This document shows, piece after piece, positions 26,219-36,506 of a stretch of 64,000 bases of DNA. The position numbers and the translations under genes were made by a program. How positions within the stretch are numbered: the stretch's first letter is position 1; the number at the start of each line of letters is the position of its first letter. The notes under the pieces were generated by a model that was not told where the DNA came from, did not search any database, and saw nothing but the letters and a program-made list of their open reading frames with translations. The DNA is from an uncultured Alphaproteobacteria bacterium (lineage in GTDB: Bacteria > Pseudomonadota > Alphaproteobacteria > Rhizobiales > Beijerinckiaceae), in contig CAWIKX010000013.1 of assembly GCA_963836695.1 (NCBI GenBank), positions 132,231-196,230 on the forward strand. Reading direction: 5' to 3'.

Positions 26219-28515
26219 GCCTTGGCCTCCTTGACGGGCTCGACGCGTGTCGGCTCCTCGGCGGTGCGCCTGCGGCCGAACCATTGGCCCAGGATATTGT
26301 GCTGGCGCAGCCAGATATCGCCGACGACGGCGACGACCAGGATGAGGCCGATGAACACGTTCTGCCATTGCTGCGGCAGGACGAAGGATGAGCCGTCCTT
26401 GAGGATGATCTGCAACGACAGCAGGGACCGGATGAGCGTTATGACCGCCGCGCCTGCGAGCGAGCCGAGCATGGTGCCGTAGCCGCCAAAGATCGATCCG
26501 CCGCCGATGATGATCGAGGAGATGCTGTCGAGCTCGCGCAATTGTCCGGCGGTCGGAATGAAGCTGCGATAGAAGGCGTCGTAAATGATCCCGGCGCAGG
26601 CGGCGCAGATCGATGAGAGCAGAAAGGAGATGAAGCGGACGCGCCGCGTGTTTATGCCTGCGAAACTGGCGGCCCGTTCATTGCCGCCGATCGCGTAGAC
26701 TTTCTCTCCGAATGTGGTGTGGCCAAGCACGACGCCCGCAATCAGCGCGACGAGGAGTACAAAGATGGTCTGCACGCTGACCGCCTTGGCGAAGGCGAGC
26801 CACAGGCCGCCTGCTGGCGTTAGCCCCACGGCGTCCAGCAACTCGTAGAGATTGCGCCCGATCAGATTGAACGATTCCGGAAAACCGTTGAGCTGCGTGC
26901 CTGCGACAATCGAGGATCCAATTCCGCGCGCCCAATAGAATGTCCCCAAGGTGGCGATGAAGGCTGGCAGCCCCACATAGGCGGTGAGCCAGCCGTTGAT
27001 GAGGCCGGTGACGACGCCTGCCAGGATTCCGCCGCCGACCGCGGCCAGCGGTCCCCAGTTCGTGTCCTTCATGATGACGGCGGCGACCGCGCCGGATAAC
27101 GCAAGTACCGAACCGACCGAAAGATCGATGTCCCCGTTGGCCATCACAAATGTGAGGCCGACAGCGAGAAGCGCAATTTCGGAGAACGCGAGCAGGATCG
27201 CGAAGCTGTTGTCGAGGCCTCCCCAGAAATCAGGCCTTGCCCAAAGGCCGAAGAGCCATAGCGCGATCATGAGGATCACGGCCGCCGCGTCTCGACGATA
27301 GAAGAAGGCGGCGAGCCCCCGTTTGCCCAAGCCCCGCGCTTGCACGGTCGCGCCGCGCGTCTGGACGCCGAGGATCGCCACTCCGCCAAGATCGGGGACC
27401 GGAGGCGCCGGACGGCCGCGCAGCCGCGCCCAGAGGCGGGGAATTGCGCGGCGGCGGACGAGCCAAGGCTCGATGAGCACGGCTATGATGAGGATCACGC
27501 CGAGGCAAGCGGGCACCGCGCCAGGCGGCAATTGCGTCACCGCCGCGACCTGCGCTGTCTGGCCGTCGCCGAGGTCGACCGTGCGGGTCGTCGGGATGCC
27601 TTCCCGCAGGACCTTGTCGATCAGCCCGATGAGGATCGCGCCAAGGCATGAGCCGAGAATTCGCCCTCGGCCGCCGAAAATCGCCGCCCCGCCGACAATC
27701 ACCGACGAGATGGCGATCAGCTCCAGGCCAAAGCCGGCCAACGGATCGGCGTCCTTGTTCTGCGCGACGCTCATCAGGCCCGCGGTCACCGCGCAGAGCG
27801 AAGAGAGCACATAGGAGCGCATGCGGACGAAGCGCGTATTGATGCCGGCGTAGCGCGCCGCCTGCTCATTGCCGCCCACAGAGTAAGTGGTCCAGCCGAT
27901 CGCGGTGTAGGCGAGCGCAATGGAGGCGATCGCGGCTATGATGATGAAGAGAATGATTTGATTGTTGAAGCCGAATGCGTTGATCTCGCCCAGATGGAAG
28001 AAGGCCGGAAAATTCGCCGCCTTGATTTCGAAGGCGATGTTCTTGCCGCCGGTGAGGCCAAGGATGATCCCGCGGCCGATGAACAGCATCGTGAGCGTGG
28101 CGATGAAGGCCGGCACCTCCAGGACTGTAACCATGAACCCGTTGATCAGCCCGATGATGAGACCCATCACCAGGCACCAGCCCACGGCTGTCCAGACGCC
28201 CATGTCGAAATAGGTCGGCGCGAAGACCATGCCAAAGATCGTCGCGGTGAGACCGAAGGTCGAGCCGACCGAGAGGTCCAGTTCCTTGTTGACGATGACA
28301 AAGGTCATGCCGATCGCGAGCACCCCGTAGCGCGAGGCGTCGCGCAGGACGGAAAAGAGCGCGTCGGTCGATCCAAAAAAAGCAGGATTGAGATAAAGCC
28401 CGCCCGCGTAGAGGATCGCCATAATGACGAGGAGGCCCACCTCCCAGCCTCCGAACAGGAGGGGGGCCTCGCGTCCCATGTCGCGGACGCCCGGATCGTG
28501 GGTCAGTGCGGTCAT
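26215..28515 (-). CDS. fused tandem CUT2 sugar ABC permease (two RbsC-like transmembrane domains in one 766-aa polypeptide)
   Basis: It is a single uninterrupted ORF. Both halves carry the family motifs (ELDLSVGSTFG / GDIDLSVGSVLA and FGGRGRILGS / FGGYGTMLGS). They are joined by an Arg/Pro-rich linker. Confidence 0.8.
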   Translation of the reverse strand: MTALTHDPGVRDMGREAPLLFGGWEVGLLVIMAILYAGGLYLNPAFFGSTDALFSVLRDASRYGVLAIGMTFVIVNKELDLSVGSTFGLTATIFGMVFAPTYFDMGVWTAVGWCLVMGLIIGLINGFMVTVLEVPAFIATLTMLFIGRGIILGLTGGKNIAFEIKAANFPAFFHLGEINAFGFNNQIILFIIIAAIASIALAYTAIGWTTYSVGGNEQAARYAGINTRFVRMRSYVLSSLCAVTAGLMSVAQNKDADPLAGFGLELIAISSVIVGGAAIFGGRGRILGSCLGAILIGLIDKVLREGIPTTRTVDLGDGQTAQVAAVTQLPPGAVPACLGVILIIAVLIEPWLVRRRAIPRLWARLRGRPAPPVPDLGGVAILGVQTRGATVQARGLGKRGLAAFFYRRDAAAVILMIALWLFGLWARPDFWGGLDNSFAILLAFSEIALLAVGLTFVMANGDIDLSVGSVLALSGAVAAVIMKDTNWGPLAAVGGGILAGVVTGLINGWLTAYVGLPAFIATLGTFYWARGIGSSIVAGTQLNGFPESFNLIGRNLYELLDAVGLTPAGGLWLAFAKAVSVQTIFVLLVALIAGVVLGHTTFGEKVYAIGGNERAASFAGINTRRVRFISFLLSSICAACAGIIYDAFYRSFIPTAGQLRELDSISSIIIGGGSIFGGYGTMLGSLAGAAVITLIRSLLSLQIILKDGSSFVLPQQWQNVFIGLILVVAVVGDIWLRQHNILGQWFGRRRTAEEPTRVEPVKEAKA

Positions 28516-28577
28516 TGATCCTTACCGAAGCACGTGAGAAGGCCTGAGCCTCGCTCACGCGTTCAGACTTCGAGCGA

Positions 28578-29648
28578 TCAGTTTTCGAAGCGCTTGCCGA
28601 CCTTGTCGACATTGTCCTTGGTCACGAGCTGTGCGCGCGTATCCAGGTTCGCAGCCGCAATGTTGCGATCGAGTTGCAGATAGAGCTGCATGACCGGATA
28701 GAACCCCTGCAGGAAGGGTTGCTGTCCGAGCGAGCCTTGCAATGCGCCGGTCTTGATCTGCTCGAGCTGCTTCGGTCCAAGGTCGAAGCCAAAGGAGCAG
28801 ATCTTGTTGTTGAGCTTGAGCTGCGAGATGGCGTCGCCGATCGCGGGCGTGACCCCGCCATTCGGTCCGAAGAGTCCCACCACGTCCTTGCGGCTTTCGA
28901 TCAATTGCACGATCGGAGCGGGGCTGATGTCGGCGCCGACATCGACGCCGATGTTGTTGGGGCCAGCGTCAACCTTGAAATCTTGGAGACGGTTAGCGGC
29001 CTTGAGAGCCTTGACCGTCGCCTGGAAGGCTGCCTTCACGCGGTTATTGACCTCGATATTGCCGACCGGAACGGTGTTCGGGAACAGGATCGAGCCGCCC
29101 TTGATGTTGTTTTTGACCAGGCACTTCACGATCGCTTCGCCGCCGATTGCAGCCGCCGAGGCGTCCTGGCCGGTATGGCTGATGTTGTTGCGATCATAGA
29201 GGGTGCCGTCGTACGAGTTCATCGTCGCGACTACGACGCCACGGTCTTCCAGCTTCTTGACGATGTCGTTATAGGCGCCGACCTGCGGCGTCGTCATGAT
29301 CACGCCGTTGATGGTCGGATCGTTGACAATCTGATTGAGAATCTGGATTTCGCGCGGGATGTCGTCGATCGGCGCTTCGGATCCGAGTTTGATCAGGTTG
29401 ATCCCGAAGGCGTTAGCGGCGACCTGCGCGCCGACATAGACCGGATCGAAGAAGCCATTCCCTGCCGTATGGGTGATGATTGCGAAGGTGAGCGGCTTGC
29501 CGTCTTTTTTGGTGGTCGGCGCCTCTTTCGCGGCATCCTCCCAACTGTAGCCGCCAACAGCTTTGTTGATCGCTCCCGACTGAGCGAATGCCCCCGAACT
29601 TAAGAGACAAGTCGCCGCGACAATCGCGGCCGCAAGCCCTTTCTTCAT
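28578..29648 (-). CDS. CUT2 sugar ABC transporter periplasmic binding protein
   Basis: 356 aa with signal peptide MKKGLAAAIVAATCLLSSGAFA and RBS AGGAGGA upstream. It has a type I periplasmic-binding fold. Confidence 0.85.
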   Translation of the reverse strand: MKKGLAAAIVAATCLLSSGAFAQSGAINKAVGGYSWEDAAKEAPTTKKDGKPLTFAIITHTAGNGFFDPVYVGAQVAANAFGINLIKLGSEAPIDDIPREIQILNQIVNDPTINGVIMTTPQVGAYNDIVKKLEDRGVVVATMNSYDGTLYDRNNISHTGQDASAAAIGGEAIVKCLVKNNIKGGSILFPNTVPVGNIEVNNRVKAAFQATVKALKAANRLQDFKVDAGPNNIGVDVGADISPAPIVQLIESRKDVVGLFGPNGGVTPAIGDAISQLKLNNKICSFGFDLGPKQLEQIKTGALQGSLGQQPFLQGFYPVMQLYLQLDRNIAAANLDTRAQLVTKDNVDKVGKRFEN

Positions 29649-29900
29649 AGCGTATCCTCCTAGTGGTCAGTTTTGGTCGCGCCCTCCGGCGGAACGGCAG
29701 ACGCGCCCCGATCGACTAAGCGCCGTCTTTCCCAATTCAGCCTGGTCGGCGCGACAGATCGACTTTTGCCAATCCAATCGGAGTAGAACGACAATTCACG
29801 GATTTAGCAACTCCCAATTTGGCGGAGTCGACGCTTGGAGAAATTGAGCCGGCGGTCTGCGGCTTTAAGAAGAGCTCGTTGCCATACGTCCCGGAGGCGG

Positions 29901-31427
29901 TCAGTGGGCGCTGCGCGCGTCAGTTTTGCAGTCTGCGTCCGGTTCCTGCATCAAATCGCGGATAGCCGGATAGAGCTTGCGAAACGTTGCATAACGCTTT
30001 GCGTAAAGGGGCGCATTGCGCGGATCGGGCTCGATTGCGAATGCAGCCGGATTCCACTGCTTGATCGCCGACGCGGAAACGTCCCCGATCGCGAGTCTCG
30101 CCAGAAAAGCGTCGCCATAGGAAGCGCCGAGGCTAATTTCACGCACGTCCTGGCTCAGTCCGGAAACATCGGAGGTGGCCTGAGTCCAGACCGTGTTTCG
30201 CAGTCCACCGCCGACGGCGACGATCGAAGAGGCCGGCGCGCCAGCCTCGGCGTAAGCGTCGAAAATGTGGTTGGTCGCGAAGGCGATGCCCTCGAGAAGA
30301 GCCCGGTACATGTCGGCGCGCGTGTTGGCCAACGTCAAGCCGACAACGGCGCCTTTGGCGTTCGGGTCGTGAATCGGCGTTCGCTCGCCGGAAAAGTATG
30401 GGAGAAAAATGAGTCCGTTCGCGCCAGGCGGGGACGCCGCCGCCTCCGCCGCCAGCGCGGCCATCGCGGCCTCTGGATTCAGGTCTCGCGCCAGCTGATC
30501 GGCGAACCAGTGGGTCAGCGTCCCACTGGTCGCCAGACCAGCCATTGAGGCGTGTTGGCCAGGGAAGAGCCAGGGCGCATGCCAAAGCCTCGGATCCCGA
30601 ATGCGCTCGGAACCAATCCGGATCGTGAAGATGGTCGAGCCATACATCAACATGAGCTCGCCCGGATCAAGAACGCCGACGCTGATCGCCTCGGCCGCCG
30701 CATCGATCGTCCCCACAATAACCGGCGTTCCAACGGCAAGGCCGGTTTGTTCGGCGGCCGGGCGCGTGACTGTTCCAGCGATCTCGGTCGTCCAGGCGAT
30801 CTCCGGCAGGCGCTCGATGTCCGTAATGCCCTGCGAGAGCGCGTCGCTCCATCTTTCCTGCTCGATGTCATAAAGCGGCGCGACGCTTGAAGCGCTGTAA
30901 TGGTCGGTCACGAAACGCCCGGTCAGCCGATGCACGAGGAAGGATGTCGAATTGAGGAACATCCGCGCCTTCGCATACAAGTCCGGCCGGTTTCGCTTGA
31001 GCCAAAGGATCTTCGGGCCGACAGCCTGCGAAGTCAGCGCGTTGCCGGCGTGGGAGAGGATGCGTTCGGCGCCGATGCGAGCATTGAGGTCCTCGATCTC
31101 GCGAGCGGCGCGGGTGTCCACGCCGTAAAGCACGGCGTTCATCAGCGGCGCACCGTCCGCATCGACCGGCAACATGCAGGGGCCGATCGCGCTCGCGCCG
31201 ACGGCCTTCACCTTCGCAGCGTCAAGTCCGCTGTCAGCGAGGAGTTTTTGACTGAGCCAGACGAAGTCGCCCCACCAGTCCTCTTCGGCGCGATGCTCCG
31301 CCCACCCCGCGCGCGGCACAATGAGGTCGTGCGGCCGAGCGGCGCTCGCCAAGACACGGCCGGCGGCGTCGACGAGCACGCCTTTCAATTCGTATGTCCC
31401 GATGTCAATGCCGAGAGTGGCGTTCAT
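29901..31427 (-). CDS. FGGY-family carbohydrate kinase
   Basis: 508 aa. The N-terminus LGIDIGTYELKGVLVD is present along with FGGY signature regions (GLIFLPYFSGERTP, VAVGGGLRN). Its start overlaps the M42 stop (ATGA). Confidence 0.85.
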   Translation of the reverse strand: MNATLGIDIGTYELKGVLVDAAGRVLASAARPHDLIVPRAGWAEHRAEEDWWGDFVWLSQKLLADSGLDAAKVKAVGASAIGPCMLPVDADGAPLMNAVLYGVDTRAAREIEDLNARIGAERILSHAGNALTSQAVGPKILWLKRNRPDLYAKARMFLNSTSFLVHRLTGRFVTDHYSASSVAPLYDIEQERWSDALSQGITDIERLPEIAWTTEIAGTVTRPAAEQTGLAVGTPVIVGTIDAAAEAISVGVLDPGELMLMYGSTIFTIRIGSERIRDPRLWHAPWLFPGQHASMAGLATSGTLTHWFADQLARDLNPEAAMAALAAEAAASPPGANGLIFLPYFSGERTPIHDPNAKGAVVGLTLANTRADMYRALLEGIAFATNHIFDAYAEAGAPASSIVAVGGGLRNTVWTQATSDVSGLSQDVREISLGASYGDAFLARLAIGDVSASAIKQWNPAAFAIEPDPRNAPLYAKRYATFRKLYPAIRDLMQEPDADCKTDARSAH

Positions 31428-32545
31428 TCCGGATAGTCGTCACGATCGAGGCTGAAGCCGGCCTCAATGCGCGATAGACCGGCGACGAGGAGCGCCGAGA
31501 GGCCGACAAGATCGGAAAGGTCGCAGACCTCGAGAGCCGAATGCGTGTAGCGGCACGGGAAGCCGAGGTCGATCGCGGCCACACCGCTATGGACAAGCTG
31601 CACATAGGACGAGTCCGTGAGCACGCCGACCTGAGCGCTGCGCTGCAGCGGCAGGCCTGCGTGGTCCGCAGCGCGTTCAAAGAGCGAGACCAATGCGGGG
31701 TGCGGAATCGTGCCATTCAACGTGCCGCGCCCATGGAAGCTGTAGAGGCTCATGCCCGGTCCGCCGCCAAGCGCAAGGTCGCCGCGAGCCTGCATATCAG
31801 GCGTGTCGGTCGCGAGCATGAGATCGAGCTGGATGGCGATGTCAGGCTTGAGCGCCTGGGCCGCGGGCATTGCGCCGCGCAGATTGTATTCTTCTTGGGT
31901 GGAGAAGACGAAATGGATCGTCGGTCGTTGATTTGTGGGCGCGAGCAGGCGCGCAACCTCTGCGATCACGGCGCAGCCGGCGCGATCGTCGACCGACGTT
32001 CCGGCGATCTTGTCTTCGGCGAGCAGGAACGCTTTCGGCGCATAGACAACGGGCGACCCAATCTTGACGCCCGCCGACAAGGCGGCCGCGGCGCTTGAGA
32101 AGCCGGCGTCGACCAGGATCTCCTGATACGGCAGGACGCGATACTTTTCCTCGGGGCTTGTCGCGTGGTGACTCTTGTTGCCGACGATTGCCGGGATATC
32201 GCAGCCTTCGCCAACGCAGATGAGGAGCTCCTGTGCGGCGAGCGCTCGCTCGGGGACGCCGCCGAGACGTTCCAGGCGAAGGAACCCGTTTCCCTCGATT
32301 TTGCGGACCACGAATCCGAGCTGGTCCATATGCGCGAACAGCATCACGCTTGGCAGGCTTGGGTCGCCTTCAGCCGTGGCGATCAAATTGCCGAGCCGAT
32401 CGGTCGCTGTTGCGAGACCTAGTCCTCGCATTTCCTCGGCCAGGCGCCGGCGAACGCGGCCTTCGTGCCCGCTGAGACCGGGGATCAGCATGAGCTCCAT
32501 CGTGAGCGCCCGCAGGCGGTCGCGCGAGGGATCGGCGCCAAGCAC
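31424..32545 (-). CDS. M42-family metallopeptidase-like protein (FrvX/SgcX-like)
   Basis: 373 aa with PGLSGHEGRV, FAHMDQLGFVV, SVDDRAGCAV and STQEEYNLRGA, the typical M42 co-catalytic metal ligand motifs. Confidence 0.85.
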   Translation of the reverse strand: MLGADPSRDRLRALTMELMLIPGLSGHEGRVRRRLAEEMRGLGLATATDRLGNLIATAEGDPSLPSVMLFAHMDQLGFVVRKIEGNGFLRLERLGGVPERALAAQELLICVGEGCDIPAIVGNKSHHATSPEEKYRVLPYQEILVDAGFSSAAAALSAGVKIGSPVVYAPKAFLLAEDKIAGTSVDDRAGCAVIAEVARLLAPTNQRPTIHFVFSTQEEYNLRGAMPAAQALKPDIAIQLDLMLATDTPDMQARGDLALGGGPGMSLYSFHGRGTLNGTIPHPALVSLFERAADHAGLPLQRSAQVGVLTDSSYVQLVHSGVAAIDLGFPCRYTHSALEVCDLSDLVGLSALLVAGLSRIEAGFSLDRDDYPE

Positions 32546-32556
32546 TGGATCCCCGG

Positions 32557-33519
32557 CTATTTTCCTGCTCCCGCGGTGAGGCCCATGACGATGTAGCGCT
32601 CAAGGAAAATCCCAATCAGGAGAAGCGGCGTGATCGCCGCCGTCGCGAGCGCCGCAATCGTCCACCAGTTGATGCCCGACGAGCCCGTCTGGCTGGCCAC
32701 CATCACCGGCAAGGTCTGCGCGTCAAACCCAGTCAGGAGCGAGGCGAAGAAATATTCGTTCCAGCAGAGAACGAGCGACAGAATGAACGCCGCGACCATG
32801 CCCGGCAACGCGATCGGAAGGACGATGCGGAGGAACGCCCCCCAGGTCGTGCAGCCGTCCACCAGAGCTGCCTGCTCCAACTCCGCCGGGATTGTGTCGA
32901 ACTGGTCGCGCATCACCCAGATGACGATCGGGAGGACCATGAGTGTGTAGATGAGGATAAGCCCGATGCGAGTGTCGAGCAGCGCCAGCTCCTTGTAGAG
33001 AACGAGAAACGGCAGCGCGAGGACGACAGGCGGAAGAATGAGCTGCGAGACGAAGAAGAACGAGATGTCCTTGTTGCGCCACGGGCCGAACTTGTAGTCG
33101 AAACGGCTGAGCCCATAGGCGGCAAGCGAGCCGATGACAATCGCGAGGGCTGACGCGCCGACCGAGCAGATGACGCTGTTGACGAACTTCTTGAGGAACT
33201 CATCGCGGACATTGGATGTGGCGAAGATCGTGTCGGGGGAAAGCCCGAGCGACTGCCACCCTTTCCAGGACGGCGCAAAATCGACCCAAGGGATGAGGTG
33301 GCCCTGCGTGACGTCCCTTCCTAGTTTTACCGACGTGGAGAGCGTCCAATAGATCGGGAAAAGGGCGATGAAGGTCCAGAGGATGAGTAGGGCGTAGACC
33401 AGCGTTTTCCCACCGAAGCGCGCGACCCACGACGCCAGCGATCCAGCTTCAATTTGGCCCTCATCCGCCGCCGGGTTCGCAATTGCGGTCGTCACAACGG
33501 TCTCTCCAGGACGCGCCAA
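32557..33519 (-). CDS. carbohydrate ABC transporter permease (MalG-like)
   Basis: 320 aa with 6 TM helices and EAA loop EQAALVDGCTTWGAFLRIVLP. Confidence 0.85.
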   Translation of the reverse strand: MARPGETVVTTAIANPAADEGQIEAGSLASWVARFGGKTLVYALLILWTFIALFPIYWTLSTSVKLGRDVTQGHLIPWVDFAPSWKGWQSLGLSPDTIFATSNVRDEFLKKFVNSVICSVGASALAIVIGSLAAYGLSRFDYKFGPWRNKDISFFFVSQLILPPVVLALPFLVLYKELALLDTRIGLILIYTLMVLPIVIWVMRDQFDTIPAELEQAALVDGCTTWGAFLRIVLPIALPGMVAAFILSLVLCWNEYFFASLLTGFDAQTLPVMVASQTGSSGINWWTIAALATAAITPLLLIGIFLERYIVMGLTAGAGK

Positions 33520-33537
33520 GCTTCCATTCCTTCGCCG

Positions 33538-34635
33538 TCAGGTCATCTTCTGCATGTAGCGGCTGGCGACCTTCAGGAGAAGCATGATGAAGACAATGAT
33601 GATAACGAGGTAGACTTCGGCGACCATTGTCGCGTAGCCGACGTTGGAGCGGTCCCGGTATTCCCGGTAGACGAAGCTCGAGATCGTGTCGGTTGCGCCG
33701 GCAGGGCCCCCCGACGTGACATTGATCACGATGTCCGCAAGCTTCAGTTCAAAGATGGTGCGCAGGATTATCGCCGTCAGGCTCACCGGGAGCATGAGTG
33801 GAAATGTGATCTCCCAGAAGGACTGCCAGGCGTTCGCTCCATCAACCTTGGCGGCTTCTTTCACTTCATGCGGAAGAGCCTGCAAGCCAGCCAGCAGCAG
33901 GATTATCATGAACGGAATCCAGACCCAGGCGTCCATGGCGATGATCGTCGTCCGGGCGATCCACGGGTCGGTAAAAAAAGCGACGTTCTCCCAGCCGAGC
34001 CACCTGGCGAAATTCGCTAGCGGCCCGAAGCGGTTCTCCATGAGCGACTTGCCGACCATCCAGCCCACCGCCACTGGACTAAGCATGAACGGCATAAGAA
34101 ACGCGACGCGGAAAAATTTGCGCCCGCGGATGTCGGCGTTCAGCAACAAGGCGAGGCCGAAGGCGATCACGTACTGAACGAGCACTGTCAGCACATAGAA
34201 GACCATGTTGCCGAGCGCGTTCCAGAAATAGGAATCGCCCCAAAGCGTGCGAAGATTGTCGAGACCGTTGAAGTGATGGCCTCCCTCCGCATTGAGGTTC
34301 CAATCGGTGAAGGCAATATAGAGACCGAAGATGGTCGGGAAGATCACCATCGCCGCTGTGAACAACAGGGCGGGAAGCACGAACAGCGTCTGCTTGCCGC
34401 CTTCGCCATGCCGCAGGACTTGGTTCGCCCCGAGCGCCAATGCCCAGAGCACGAAGACGTAGAGGGTTGGGCGCCAGTTGACGAACGGTAGTGAGATGAG
34501 GCCGACCGCCCGCGCCAGTTGCAGAGCGGCGATTCCGACGAGGATTATTGAAGCGAGACGAAAGATCCATGCGCCGAGCGACGCCTGCCCGCGCGGGACG
34601 CCTTCGTCCGTCGCCTCAAGTCTGCCGCTGCTCAT
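33538..34635 (-). CDS. carbohydrate ABC transporter permease (MalF-like)
   Basis: 365 aa, multi-TM, with EAA loop EAAKVDGANAWQSFWEITFP. Confidence 0.85.
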   Translation of the reverse strand: MSSGRLEATDEGVPRGQASLGAWIFRLASIILVGIAALQLARAVGLISLPFVNWRPTLYVFVLWALALGANQVLRHGEGGKQTLFVLPALLFTAAMVIFPTIFGLYIAFTDWNLNAEGGHHFNGLDNLRTLWGDSYFWNALGNMVFYVLTVLVQYVIAFGLALLLNADIRGRKFFRVAFLMPFMLSPVAVGWMVGKSLMENRFGPLANFARWLGWENVAFFTDPWIARTTIIAMDAWVWIPFMIILLLAGLQALPHEVKEAAKVDGANAWQSFWEITFPLMLPVSLTAIILRTIFELKLADIVINVTSGGPAGATDTISSFVYREYRDRSNVGYATMVAEVYLVIIIVFIMLLLKVASRYMQKMT

Positions 34636-34746
34636 TGCGCGATGTCCGTTTCGTCGGCCAGCGGATGAGCCGTCGCGTGCGCCGCCAATCGTCCCCGCCG
34701 CTTTTCGCGACGGAGACGATTGATCTTGCGCGAGAGGACTGCTTGC

Positions 34747-36411
34747 TCAGGCAAGGCCCATTGCGATCCGATAGTACTTGATCTGGTTTTCACGGCCGAG
34801 CTTGTCGGTCAGCTTTTCCCAGGCCGCCGCGACATTGTCGGCCCCCTGCTGTGCGGTCTGCTTGCCCGCGAACGTCTTCTGCAGTTCGTCCTCGGCGATG
34901 CTATAGTACTGGAAGATGCCCGGCATGCGCGGCTCGATCGCGGAGTTCGGGTGGTTGTAGGAGGCCGACTGCGAGTCCATGTACGACCCGATATACTTCT
35001 TGTCGTAGCCGGCGAGGGCCCACAGGTCGAGATTGGTGTGGCTCTTCCGATAAGGCTGGAATCCTGACGGATAGGCCGCCGTCCACATCGACAGGTCCTT
35101 TCCGCCGAGATGGGCTGCGGCGCTCCAGGCGGCCTTCTGACGCTTTGGATCCGCGTCGACACTCTTCATCACGTAGATGCCCCAGCCGAGATAGGCCATG
35201 TTCGGCGCATGGTTCGGCCCACTGGCCAGTTTCTCCCACTTCTGCGTCCGGAAATTGTAGACGTCGTCCGAACCAGGCAGGATGTCGAAATTGAGGACTT
35301 CGCCGATCGTCGCGGTGTCGCTCGTCCGTGCGAACGTGCCGATGTCTCCCCACCATTCCAGGAGCGAACCCGTCCCGGTGACGAACTGCTGAAACGCGGT
35401 CGTGTTAGGGTCAGCGTTGATCTGATCCGGGGGCTCGCTGGGCAACGCGTCGACCACGTCCTGGATCGCGCGCACCCAGGCAGGATTGTTAACGAGCGGC
35501 TTCATGTTTTCATCGAACAGCCAGTTCTTCTCACCGGGATATTTTGCGTAAGCCGTCGCGCGGCTCCCGGTGAAGTAGAACTGGAATCCACCCCACGGCT
35601 TGGGCTGGTCGAGGAAGCCATAGACCTCCTTGCCTTTGACCTTCTTGCCTTTCAGGAACTTGGTGACCTGCTGCACCTGCTGCCAGGTCTTGGGCTGACC
35701 CCATGTCTCTAGCCCCGCTTTGTCCTTCCAGTCCGCCCATTGTTTCCCGAGATCGGGATCTGAGAAAACGTCAGTGCGATAGTTGAGCGTATGGCAGTCG
35801 CTGTCGATTGTGATGCGGTGAATTTTCCCGTTCCACGTACCGACGGGCGGCTTGAGATAGTTGACGTAGTCATCGAAATCGATTTGCGTCTTCACCCAAT
35901 CCGGCATTTCGGACAGCAGGTCCTTGACGCCCATGTCGCCCTCGAAGGGCGCGCCCATCTCGAGAATGTCGAAGTCCGCCGTGCCGCTCGCGATCGATTG
36001 CTGCAGGCGGGCGTTGTAATCGGCCTGCGCGAGATCGATCCACTTGATCTTCGCGCCCGTGTAGGCCTCCCACGGCGTCAGGAAGCCGCGGAACAGGAAA
36101 TTGTGGAGGTTCTGATTGTTGAGCCCCATGAAGGAGAACTCGACGCCGGCGAATTCGCCCTGCTTGACGTTGGCCTTGGTCGGGCCGAGGCACAATGCGC
36201 CGACTTTCTGCCAATCGGCGTCAGTCGGCGAGCCGTTGCCGGCGCCGGGAATCTTCATGATCTGAGAGACGATGCTGTCTTCGGCGAAGGACGGCGTGGA
36301 CGACAGAACAGACGAGCTTGCGGCGAGCGCGGCGGCGCCGGCCGCCCCTTTCAGGACATCGCGGCGGCTTCTCTGCATCGCCATGAGCATTTCGTAGACG
36401 TGGACACGCAT
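34747..36411 (-). CDS. ABC transporter substrate-binding protein (family 1 / CUT1) with Tat signal
   Basis: 554 aa with RBS GGGAGGAA 6 nt upstream of the ATG at 36411. The Tat motif is SRRDVLKGAAGAAALAAS. It is a paralog-like counterpart of the SBP at 7735-9417. Confidence 0.85.
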   Translation of the reverse strand: MRVHVYEMLMAMQRSRRDVLKGAAGAAALAASSSVLSSTPSFAEDSIVSQIMKIPGAGNGSPTDADWQKVGALCLGPTKANVKQGEFAGVEFSFMGLNNQNLHNFLFRGFLTPWEAYTGAKIKWIDLAQADYNARLQQSIASGTADFDILEMGAPFEGDMGVKDLLSEMPDWVKTQIDFDDYVNYLKPPVGTWNGKIHRITIDSDCHTLNYRTDVFSDPDLGKQWADWKDKAGLETWGQPKTWQQVQQVTKFLKGKKVKGKEVYGFLDQPKPWGGFQFYFTGSRATAYAKYPGEKNWLFDENMKPLVNNPAWVRAIQDVVDALPSEPPDQINADPNTTAFQQFVTGTGSLLEWWGDIGTFARTSDTATIGEVLNFDILPGSDDVYNFRTQKWEKLASGPNHAPNMAYLGWGIYVMKSVDADPKRQKAAWSAAAHLGGKDLSMWTAAYPSGFQPYRKSHTNLDLWALAGYDKKYIGSYMDSQSASYNHPNSAIEPRMPGIFQYYSIAEDELQKTFAGKQTAQQGADNVAAAWEKLTDKLGRENQIKYYRIAMGLA

Positions 36412-36506
36412 GGATTATTCCTCCCTCTTGCGCAGCGTCGCGCCCGCTCGCTTACGTGCGCGGCTAGAGCAAGTTCCAAGACTTAAGCGGGGGTTTTGTG
36501 GCAAAG

